Program-made: the position numbers and the translations under genes | Notes under the pieces: model-generated | What the model was told of the DNA's origin: nothing | Seen by the model: the letters and a program-made list of their open reading frames with translations, nothing else | Databases searched by the model: none | Part shown: one piece after another, positions 11,914 to 22,791 of the stretch | Position numbering within the stretch: the first letter of the stretch is position 1 | Layout of the letters: the number at the start of each line of letters is the position of its first letter | Assembly: GCA_010093605.1 (NCBI GenBank) | Contig: MU004183.1 | Location: forward strand, 1,984,001 to 2,048,000 | Origin: Lophium mytilinum | Taxonomy: Eukaryota | Length of the DNA: 64,000 nucleotides | Direction: 5' to 3'

Positions 11914-12668
11914 GACTGTGGGTGGGCCGAAGGAAGTGTATGAGCGAAGAAGTGGGAGGCAGGAAAGCTGGTGAGGCAGGGAAGATGCAAGAGGTATATC
12001 AAGGCTTAAGCAGCGGTGTACAGGCGGGGAGAGTGCGGTTGGCGTGGGTGGTGGGCGGCTGTGGTGAGAGAAGTGCAAGCTGGAGTTGGGCTTTGCTGAA
12101 CAGAATAGTGGGGTCGAAAAAGCGACCCCGCGTATCTATCAGATGCTACGCTACCGACAAAACTGCCCGCCGGCCAAGCACAAATCTGCCCGGCCCACGG
12201 CCAAAAGCAAGCAGAGGCATGAACAGCAGCATCTTCTCGCTGCTTCCGCTGCTCTGCTGCTTGCGCCATCATGCATTGGCCTGGGGTCTGCATATCTGCA
12301 TGAAACCGTTGATCAGTTGTGCACCGCTGTTTTGGGCTGTCTGCGCCGCAGAGGCCGTATTCAGCCCACGCAGTACGACCATAAACCGCATGAATCTTCA
12401 CTGCTTCCTGTAGTTCCGTGCACGTGAATGAAGCTCGCCGTAAGCTGACTGCTGCTTGCAGCAGTGCGACCTAAACAAAGCGGTCCTGAGCTCGACGGTC
12501 ACGTGATGCACCGCTCCGTATCATTCATTCGCTGACTCAGCACGGCGTCCAAGCTCCAGCTTCGTTTATTTTCCAGCTGCAACCGTCCGCAGCTCCACCA
12601 CCGTCAACCACCTACAGACGCGTACGTCGCGCTCTTCTCTCAACGCCAACCCCGACCGGACCTGCGCC

Positions 12669-13789
12669 ATGGCTTCCGACACCTCCTCCCGCTCGCGTCA
12701 CCGAAGCGCGTCGCGAGGCCGCTCCCGCACCCGCTCACGAACTCCCCTGTCGCAAGACCGATCCCCGCGTCGCTCCATATCCCCTCGCTCAGCCTCGCGC
12801 TCACCGTCGCGATCGCGCCCTGCTTCACTCACGCCCGCAGGCGACCGCATTGGCCGGCGCAATGGAGGAAGAAGCCCGAGTCGGAGTCCCACCCGCGATT
12901 CACGAAGCCCAAGCCGCGATAGAGGACCGAGGGGAGACAGTCGCAGCTATAGCCGCAGCGCCAGCCGTGCTGTTAGTCCTGCGCCGAGAAGCTCAAAGGT
13001 ACGTAAGACGTCAATGTGCTTGACAGCCTCGCAGCTTGCCCAGCTCTATTCCCATCCATCGAAGCTCCAGCTAACACTACCCAGATCGTTGTGGAGAAGC
13101 TCACCAAGAACGTCAACGAAGACCACCTACGCGAGATCTTTGGCGCCTACGGCCAGATCCAAACCATCGACCTTCCCATGAACCGCCAATGTACGTCTCC
13201 CCTCATAATCCCCCCTGGTCTACCCAAGCTAACAACCCTCGCAGTCAACACCAACCGCGGCACCGCCTACATCATCTACTACGAAGTCACCGACGCCGAG
13301 AAAGCCATCGCCCACATGCACGAAGCCCAGCTCGACGGCGCCGTCATCAACGTATCCATCGTCCTCCCTCGTCGCCGCTTCTCGCGCTCTCCACCACGCC
13401 GCGCCCCAGCCTTCGACCGATTCCAAGACCGTGGACCACCGGGAGGGTACCGCGGACCTCCACCTGGAGTTGGAGGCGGCGGACGCTACAGATCCCCACC
13501 ACGCCGTCGCTCACCACCGCGAGGCTACGGTGCACGTGGAGGCCGTGGAGGAGACAATTGGCACCCACGCCGCTCGATGTCACGCTCACGCTCTCGATCC
13601 CCTCGTAGGAGCCGCTCTCGGTCCTACATCTCACGCTCAGCGTCCCGCACACCCCCACGCCGACGAGGAGGCAGCAGAGGAGGAGGAAGCGGAGGGGGAC
13701 GTAGGCGCCGCAGCCGCAGCTACGACAGCTACAGCAGCTACAGTGACCGGAGCCGTAGCAGGAGCCGTGGAGGGAGGGGGCGAAGGTAG
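12669..13789 (+). CDS. RNPS1: RNPS1-like SR/RRM RNA-binding protein (2 introns)
   Basis: RS-rich N- and C-termini flank an RRM (IVVEKLTKNVNEDHLREIFGAYG...NRGTAYI...AIAHMHEAQLDGAVINV). Introns at ~12999-13084 and ~13190-13244. Confidence 0.85.
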
Positions 13790-14556
13790 TGATCGTTAAC
13801 CCCCCGCTTCCTGCACTATTGCTTCTTTTGACATTCTTGTTACTCCTTCTACTCCTTCTACTTCTTGTCCTTGTTCTAAAAGTGTGAGATGTTGTTGCTA
13901 AACACCCCTTTTTTACAGCGAGCATCATGATTCGATGCAGCAGCAGGTCCAGCACAACGCCGCCCCAGAAAATGCCCCAAAAGGGCCGAAAGGCTGGGAA
14001 GGGCCGCCGAAGAATGCACCAAAAGGCCCGGAACCGTGGGTGCCGTCCTGGAGTCGCTACCCGAGGGGTGAAAGTGCTAGGCTGAGCCCGTATAGCGAGC
14101 GTGAGCGTAGTAGTGAGTAAGGCCTCCGGGTGGTTGTCTATAAGGCTTTGCGTGGTAATGGGCGAATTAGGAGCCAGGGGACGTGTACGAGTAGCTGGAT
14201 AGGCAGCGTAATGAAAATGTTGGAAATGGTCCAACTTGGAGAACAATAAAAATCAGTATAAGCTACTTTCTTCTGTTGTTTTTGGTATTGAAGGCCCGAA
14301 AGGGTAAATAATCTGCACGAAGAGGGACGAGAGTACCAGGCCGAGCCCCTACAGCGAGGGGTAGGGTAGTCACGAATAGGGCCTCAGTATAGTTGCTTAT
14401 AGGGCTCCGAGTATTTATTTATAAGGCTCTAGGTAGTTATTTATAACGCTCCAGGTAGTTACTTCCAAGACTTTTAGTGGTACAAGGCGAAGTAGCAGCT
14501 AGATAGCAGTATTAGTTACTTCTTTCTGCTTTTTAGATTGGGTGTATAACGTAAGT

Positions 14557-15437
14557 GCGCTGGGGTGTTGGTTACCCCTTTAGGACGCTCCTGGAGGGTT
14601 TATGAGTTTGAGATATAGATGTAAAGTTTTCGAGGGTTTGAATTGTATGGCTGGATGTGGCTGTTTTGGGGGGTTGGATTCGTCTTTTGGACGCTCCTGG
14701 GGTTGCACGTTTTTAGGATGTTAAGTTCTCGAGCGTGCAAATTAGAGGAGTTGTCTTCTAGTACATTCACTTTGAACTAAAGGGTGTAGTTATGGGCGCT
14801 GGGGGGTCAGATACCCCTTCGGACGCTCCTGAGGGTTGCAAGATTCTAGGAGGCGGATGTAACGTTTGAACAAGTTCAGACCGCGAATAGTCCAACGTTC
14901 GTTCTGGGGCCTCCGAGGACCTATCAGAGGACTTCAGGGCCCGGGAGGATCTAAAAGCGTGAATGTAAAAGTTTTGAGGTCGTAAATTAGACCTGCGGAT
15001 TTAAAGTGATAGTAAGGATCTAAGAGGCTAAATTAATAAGTTAACTTAGAATTCGTTTTGGGGGCTGTAATAGTATACCTAGGGCCTTTAGCGGGGGAGA
15101 GGATTTAAAACCGTAGATGTAAAGGTTTAGAGCTCGTGAATTAAGTCTAAGGTTTTAAAACTTATTAAGGTAGCAGAGCTATAAATCGAGCGGTATTATA
15201 GTATCGCGTTGGACATGTTGATAATATACTGGGCTACCCCTGGCCCAATGACACTGAAGGAACTCGTGCGGTAAAGGACTTCAGCGCTTGAATCAGACCT
15301 GGGTACTGCTTGGGTATGAGAGTAGGACTTACAGCGTTTGCAGAGTGACTTTGGGGAACAAGTCTCAAGTCTGAAGGCCTCCCGAGGTTCGCGGACTTTG
15401 AACGCGTGAAGGTAAAGGTCTGGAGGCTATAAATTGG
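14557..15437. repeat. Degenerate interspersed tandem array: 7 units with a ~84-91-nt core and variable linkers
   Basis: The order (T/C)TGGGG ... GGACGCTCC/GGACTTC/GGGCCT ... GATGTAAAG-like ... GAG...AATT(A/G) recurs. Cores start at ~14557, 14663, 14796, 14901, 15055, 15206 and 15348. Confidence 0.7.
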
Positions 15438-15605
15438 GAAGTCAGATTCAAGCCTTAACGTCCGAGCTGTGTGCACCGCTTTGCAGCTGTCTGGGGTGGC
15501 TCAGTAAGTAGATTTCCGGGTATCCAAATGGTATTATTTCCCCTATCTATCCTACACGTCCCAACTCTACACCATTAGATAAAGGCCTGTTAAACCCCCT
15601 TTCCC

Positions 15606-17224
15606 TTAAGCTTTCGCCCACCCCCAACCCACATGAGCCACTCTCGACGCCCCCGTAATCACCGCTCCAGCTATTAGCAACACGCCCCCAAAGATCCAAA
15701 CCGAATCAAACCCATGAGCATCCAAAATCACGCCCCCAATCGGCGCCCCAATCAGCAACCCAACCGCCACACACGAAAAACACATGCCCATCCTCGTGCC
15801 AATCTTCCCGCGGTGCTGCAGGCTTAACCGCACGATCATCGTCGGCGGCAAGCTCACCATACTCCCCGAGAACAGCCCATACAGCAGCACAAACACAACG
15901 ATACTCGGGACCGAGTGCACGGCCATGAGACACAAGCATAGCACGCCCGAGATGACGGTGCACGGCACGATGACGTTGTAGGCGCCGAAGCGGTCAGCGA
16001 GGATGTTGGGCACAATGCGGCCGAAGATGGAGGCCGAATTGAGGATGGCGATGAGGTAGAAGGCTAGATTCTCGGTGGTGATGTGCTCGCGGATCGCGTA
16101 GATCTGGACGTAGAAGAAGGGCATGTACAGTCCCATGAAGCCGACAAAGGCGCCGAACACGAAGATGGTGTAGGGGGGCTCTTTGAAGGCGGGGAGGTCG
16201 AGCAGCGCGCGCCGGGTGGAGGGTAGCACGCGCACGCGCATGACGGTGTTGGGGATGATGAGGGTTGCGAGGATCATGAAGCCGATTGCGCGTGTCGTCC
16301 ATCCGAAGCCGGCGGTGGGCATGAGTTTGTGGAACACGATGGGGTAGATGACGCCGCCTGAAGGCAGGGTTAGGAGACATGGGTTAATGAGGGTTCGGAG
16401 GGGGAGTGGCGCGAGATTTGGAATCAAAGAAGGATGAAAGCTCACCTAGACTGCTGCCAGCAGCGGCAAGGCCTGTAGCAGATGCGAGCTTAGAAGTAAA
16501 GTAAGTGGAAAGGATGGCCACACTGGGTACGAAGAGACAGCCAGCTCCAATCCCCATACAGAATGCCTGGGCGAGGAGCACCTGCCAGTACTCTTTGCAA
16601 AGACTTAGCATCATTTGGCCAAAGACGAGGAGGATTGACCCGCTGAGCAGGAGGGTGCGGAAGTAGCCTGCATCATAAAAAGGCCCGGAGACGGCGCCCA
16701 CAATTAGCAAAAGGAAGGATTGAATAGATCCGATCCACGATATAGCAGAAGGTGTTGAACTCTTAAGCAACTCTGTCTCGTAGTATGCTTGGTAGCTGCC
16801 AAAGGTATTCAAAATTCCCCTAAATTAGCGTCAGTTAAGCTCTACCTGCATGAACTCCACAGGGCATGCTGCCAAGGGATAATGGAAAACAATGGACGAC
16901 CGAAATAGGAGAAGTACGAACGGACCATGAATTGAAGAAGAGGAAAAATGCGCCGGCCACTTGCAACCACGCCTGGAAGCCTCCGTTCGGAATTGAGTCG
17001 ACGTGGGTTACCGAATGCACTTTCGTAGCCTTGTTGCCAGCCCCGGCCTCCAGGTCGGCTGCCGGCTCTTCGGCGACGTCTTCGCCGTCTTTCCCTTCTG
17101 GACCGGCCATGTTGCTGCGGATTGACGCAGCGCGAGAGCTGCTCTCAATTTTCTCGTCGTCGAGGGGCTGGTTGAAGCCGGATGATTGTGAGCGTCCAAG
17201 ATCCTCCTCTTCGGGGCGGCCCAT
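15606..17224 (-). CDS. MFS transporter, monocarboxylate porter (Mch/MCT-like) family (2 introns)
   Basis: IPNGGFQAWLQVAGAFFLFFNSWG..NTFGSYQAYY, SAISWIGSIQ, GPFYDAGY, GRIVPNILADRFG and GTRMGM, with many hydrophobic helices. Confidence 0.92.
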
Positions 17225-18618
17225 AATGCGGCGGCAGCTCTCGAGAGCGAGGCTGTGGCTGGTGTTTATGGAGTGTGAGTATCTGAATAGGGCGCGTCCA
17301 ATCAGGAAGCGAGACAGGCCGGTAGATAGTAGTGAAGAGATAGAAAACAAAGAAAGTGATGGGAGACTCCAGAAATGAGAGAAATGAGGGTCGCTACATA
17401 TGGGGCCAGGTGCTGATGGACGGCCGGGATTGCAGAGCACGGGAGGAAATATCGAGAAGCTAGGCAGAGTTCACCTAAGCGTTTCGTACAACCGCCCCTG
17501 CTAGCCTTTGTAGGCACGGTTAAGGGAGGGCTCCTGGCTAGCTCGTGACGGCTGCAGACCGGTGGCGTCAGCGCCCTTTGTGCCCCACGATCTCGGCAGA
17601 TATCTTGATTCGGCATTTCCATCAACACCATCTTGCTGCCCGCAGTCTGCCTATAGTCTGACATGCCTTATGTCCGTTAAGCCCAGTAAAAAGTGTAGCA
17701 CGCCTATTAAGTCCAGTGTGATCTCACCTATTGAATGCCTAATATCTTCACATCTTCGTACAATGCCTTCGGCCGAGGGTGAGCGCTGCCTGAAAGGGGT
17801 ATCCTTAAACGACGGCGGGCCCTGAGTCAATGCCATTTCGCACCACACCGTGAGACCATGAGTAATAAATATACTTGTTGATTCCAAAGCTCAATATCTA
17901 CCTGCAGCCTGAATTCGAGCAGAGGCACTGAAACTGGGCCGACTGTCTGAGACAGCCTTGGACCCGTGTCAGGTCCCCCACATACCAAACAGAGCTACAA
18001 TGCCCATTATTACAGACCTCTTTGTCTGACATGAATCTCAATCCGATATCCACCCGTCCATAAGCTGCTCCCTCGTATAGCAAATCTTGATGATGTACAG
18101 TCGTAACAGTTTTTGTTCGTGACCGATGCCCTCGCAGTGCCGAATCGTGCTTTTTTTCTTCTCCTATGCCCAACACGGAATATGCTCCTCACTCCCGAAA
18201 ACCAAAGACTTTGAACAGGAGTGGTATAAACATGACAAAAATCCAGAAACGCCAACCACCCTCGCTATGCAAAATGCCACATTTTTGGGGTCTGAGGTGA
18301 AGGGGGAAATTGGGAACTGACACAATCATAACACTTCAGAAAAAACTCACCTAGCGTTTATTCGTCCTGTCCACCCAAAGCGTCAGGAACCGGATGCCAA
18401 ATGACATTAAGAGAAGAGGTGCTGAGCTCAATCGACCTGACATGCGCTGTACTTCCAGAAATTGGCTCCATGCCATCCTAGTAGGAATCCAGAAGAAGTC
18501 GGAAAAGGTGATTAAGCCCGAGTGCAGGCCATTAAAGTGCCCAAAAATCAGAGATCCACCCGCATCCAATCGAGCCTAGAGAGCGCTGAATTATGCGCAG
18601 TGGCTCGCTTAGTAAGTA

Positions 18619-20872
18619 CTACTCCTGACCATTGGCAGTTGTCCGGGATCGCGTCACACAGAAGCCACTCTCGACCTTGTCCGATTGATCAACGCGCTCT
18701 TCCCATTGGAGGTTCTCCAGCAGCTGTTGATCCGATCCAGATGATGGCGCGCATTTGCTTTGACCATTCAAGGCCTTCTTCCGTCTATCTTCGCGTTCGT
18801 CGACCACTGCCTTCATGACCTCAACAACCTTGGGCCAACCCACGTTGCCGCCGAGCGCGGCATTGTCGAATAGGCTTCGAAGAACTGAGAAAGGAAGCGA
18901 TAGAAGAATGCTTGATAGAAGATTGGTCGCGAAAGTAGGTCGAGGAGTGTCCTCGAAAGGAATTTCTCCAAATCTAATCTTGCTTAAGCGTGCGTGGTGA
19001 GTTGACGGCCTAGATTCCACGACATTCGGGATCAACAGATTTCCAGAGAGCTGTGGAACTACGTTGTTCAATCTGAAGTCAGATGGAAAGCCAAGAGAGA
19101 GGAATGCCAGGATACCACGAAGTAGAGATGAACTGTATGGATCATATGTAGGCTGGTGGATAGAAGGAGACTCAGATTGAGCATCACGCCACGGTGGGCT
19201 GAGCCCGTCTCGCAGTGCGAATTCCAAGGCGCGCTCGATGTTATCCCATCTGAGAACGTGCAGCGCAATATCGATACCCCGATTGGCAACCTCTGGTAGT
19301 TGAAGGAAGGCACCAGCGGCGGAGAAACTCAGGGCTTGATCCATACGTTGGCGGGCAAGACCATGTGGGTCGACCTGCTCCGCGTTACGATCGATAGGTT
19401 GCAGGCCTTGCGAAAACTTTGCGGGAACTGGAAGAGGTGCGCCGTAGAGAAACCTGAGAGCCTCCATCACTGCTTGTTGAGTGATAAACTCATCCTCAAT
19501 AAAAAGCTGCGTGACTTTAACGCCATCTTGATAATGTTCAGAGGGTGCAGAAAGTGCTGATGCTAGAAGTTTGCTATCCGCAACGATCACGCTGTGAACT
19601 GGCATGGAGAAGAAAGGTGTGGCGTCTGCATGCCCAACTTCAAGAACGCGGTCTGCAAACTTTGAATCTCCGAACCGGGAATGCAGGTAGTCGATCCGCG
19701 CGATTCTGTTGTTTTCCACCTCCGGATCCACCCTATGGCGGATGCCATTCTGAAATCTAGGAAAGTTTTGGCCCTGGCCGGTGGCCTCAGGGACATGTTT
19801 GAGCTCCCCTTCGTGTGTTTGACTAGATGTTTGCGACGCAGACCGAGAAGGCTTCGCAGTGCCGTTGGTCAGCGCAGGCTCATGAGGCGGTATGTATGGC
19901 TCCTGGTACATCATCTGATAGGGAGCATGATCAGCCTGAGGATACCATGGCTGGTGCTGTCCCATCAGATGCTGAGGCGGAGCATCTCTCCGATATCCGT
20001 ATGCTACAGACGGAGGCATATTCATAGGAAATATCATGTGGCCGTTGGGATCTGAAGGATGATGAGAGTGGCCTGGAGTGAAGAAAGGTGGCGGAGCAAA
20101 GTTTCCCGGCATGAAGCCGGGCGGTGAAGGATGATATCCCGCCATGCCCAGAGGGGGAGCTGGGGAAGAGCTGGACGATTCCGGGAAGCCTCCAAATATA
20201 ATGCTACCAGTGCTTGGCCGAGGGTGATGAATGCTAGTGTCGTTCACGGGAAGTTGGAAAGATGGCGTGGATGAAGAAGTTGCCGAATTGGGAGTAGAAG
20301 TGTGTTCGGCAGGGTAGAAAGGAGGCGGTAGTTCTTTGATTGGATACCGCGTAGGCTCTGGAGCGACAGGCGAATAGTTAAGCTCCGTCGCTTCAGTTTG
20401 CTCGTCCGACATTGGTGAACCTGATGCAAACACATTAGCAATTGGGCCCCTTTCTTGATCTAAAAAGCAACAACAGGGAATTATTGGCCCCAAACAAATG
20501 AGCAATCCGCTGACCTCGGGTGTTCTGCGATTCTTCAACATGAACTCCCGAAACCCTGCTCGAGGAGCTTCCAGGAGAGTCCCCAGCTGCCCCAGCATGG
20601 CTCGGAGCAGAAGCTTTAGACTCGGGTGTGAGAGGAGCTTGCGCGTCTGTCAGAAGCTGCTCTTCTGGAAGCTTCTCCGCGGGTGTTGAAGCTTCAGTGT
20701 CGTCCGGTGGTGCGTCGGAAGGTCCAGTGTTCTCGGGAGTGATTGGGACGCTCGCACGAGGAGCACGAAAAAAGGCTAGCGGAATAGCAGGAATAATTCG
20801 AGGCATGACGGGCTTCGGTCTGCTGGCGTTGCTCTGAGTCGAGCGAGTCGGTTCAGCGGTGGAAGGCGCCAT
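18619..20872 (-). CDS. Uncharacterised fungal protein with Pro-rich disordered N-terminus and BTB/POZ-like domain (intron 20514-20421)
   Basis: Long ORF. FGDSKFADRVLEV...MPVHSVIVADSKLL...AVMEALRFLYG resembles a BTB fold. A GT..AG intron joins the two ORFs in frame. Confidence 0.7.
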
Positions 20873-21556
20873 TGCTGGAGCTGAGGAGCGAGGCGGGAAG
20901 GAAGGATCGGCAGCGTCTCCAAGATAATTGCGCTAGGCGCGGCGACTTCAATTATCCTGGAGCGCCTAGGAAGAACAAGACGTGGTTGCGGACTGGCAGA
21001 GCGGCGCGCGGTAGGTGGTGGGGATGTCTGAAGTTTCGAGCTATATTCTACGCCAAGAGTTCAGGTGGCCCGAGCTCGGAGTGACCTCACCACCTTTTTT
21101 CGCGTTTACCATAGCTACACCTAAAGTACAAAAGCATCGATGTATGTGTCGAAGCTACAAGCGATATCGCCGTGTTCCATCCAGCCAGCTGTTCTGCTAC
21201 GTTTATTTCGATCGAGAAGTTACCTGCCGTCCCAGAAGACAGCAGTGCGTGCTCGCTATTTCTACTTGTGTTACTTCTAGTAATAAGCACCTTTCAGTAT
21301 TAGCATACGATTACTATATTTCAACTGTGTTAGAAAGCTTCACATTGTAGAGCCCCTAGAGTTCCACTCCCGCGGACTCGAAAGTGGGGTAGACTAACCC
21401 CACTGCGTCATGCATCTTATAAATCATGCCTACTCCGGTATTTCTAATTTATATAAATGACAAGCCGAACACTGCTCCATCCTCTTGAGCTGTAGTGTTC
21501 ATAAATATCTATAAACCATTCCTCGAAGTACATCGTATCACTACGTCAGTCAAGAT

Positions 21557-22543
21557 ATGTCGGACCAGAAAAGAACTCAGCAGCACCCAGACTCAGACCT
21601 CTATCCAGAGGCTACTGGTCTGGCCACAGCAACAGTAAAGGTACGAATACTCAAGCAACACACTTCCACTTACACTCCACCCAAAAACCTAAAGCCCCTA
21701 CCCTAACACTGCCCCAGGCACACTCAACCGAGCACTCCCTCAAGCTCTACGCCGGCTGGTTCTGCCCCTTCGTCCAACGCGCCTGGATGGTCCTCGAAGA
21801 AAAGAACATCCCCTACCAATACATCGAAGGTCGTCCCCCTTTTCCCTTCCCATCGTCTCCTCTCCTCTCCCCCACCAACCCGACCTAACCCCCACCCAGT
21901 AAACCCCTACCACAAACCCGCCTCCCTCCTCTCCCTCAACCCCCGCGGCCTCGTCCCCACCCTCGCCTACAACAACCAGCCCCTCTACGAAAGCACCGTC
22001 CTCTGCGAGTTCCTCGAAGACGCCTTCCCCTCCCACGCCCCGGCCCTCCGCCCCGCAGACCCCTACACCCGCGCCCGCGCCCGCATCTGGACCGACTTCG
22101 TTGGCTCGCGCATCATCCCCGCCTACCACCGCTTCCTGCAGTACCAGCCGGCCCGCGATGGGCCCGAAGGCCTCTCCGCAGCACGAGCCGAATTCCTCGG
22201 GTTTCTGAAGGAGTGGACGAAAGCGACGGACCCCGCTGGGCCCTGGTTTCTGGGCGGCGAGTTCAGCCTCGTGGACGTGGCGCTCGCGCCGTGGGCGGTG
22301 AGGTTGTGGGTGTTTGATTACTTCAAGGGCGGGCTGGGGATCCCGGAAGAAGGGGAAGGGGGCGAGGATGAGGCCGTCTGGGCGAGGTGGCGGAAGTGGA
22401 GTAAGGCGGTGGAGGAGAGGAAGAGTGTGAAGGAGACGATGAGTGAGCGGGAGCATTATTTGCCGATTTATCAGCGGTATGCGGATGATGTGGCGCAGAG
22501 TGAGATGGCGAAGGCGAGTCGGGCGGGGAGGGGGGTGCCATAA
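21557..22543 (+). CDS. Glutathione S-transferase (Cys-type, omega-like; 2 introns)
   Basis: Spliced reading gives LKLYAGWFCPFVQRAWMVLEEKNIPYQYIEVNPYHKP...NPRGLVPTL...LYESTVLCEFLED...FSLVDVALAPWAVRLWVFDYFKGG. Confidence 0.9.
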
Positions 22544-22791
22544 GGGGATCATGTGGAGGGAGAGGGACGGGCAATAGCAGGAAAAAAGATGATAGAGTTG
22601 GGAAACTCTGTTTTTCTTGTGTTGGCTCTATGAAGTGAAGAAGTGGACGCTAGCTGGAGAGCAGAAAACTCATCTGATTATGCCGCCAAATCTACCGGCC
22701 AGACCATCTATACTGAGCCTCTACCCCCTATACAATTCGATTTAATACGCAGACTGAGCAACCCTGGCGTTGTCGGTTGCATCTCCATCAC

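Noticed and set aside
14557..15437. CRISPR interpretation of the repeat/linker array
   Set aside because: Eukaryotic context, long highly degenerate repeats, irregular linkers and no cas genes.
17300..18600. Many short ORFs and possible ncRNA upstream of the MFS gene
   Set aside because: No coding signal or recognisable tRNA/snRNA/5S pattern; most simply a long promoter/UTR region.
21740..22552. 270-aa minus-strand ORF
   Set aside because: Antisense shadow of the spliced GST on the + strand.
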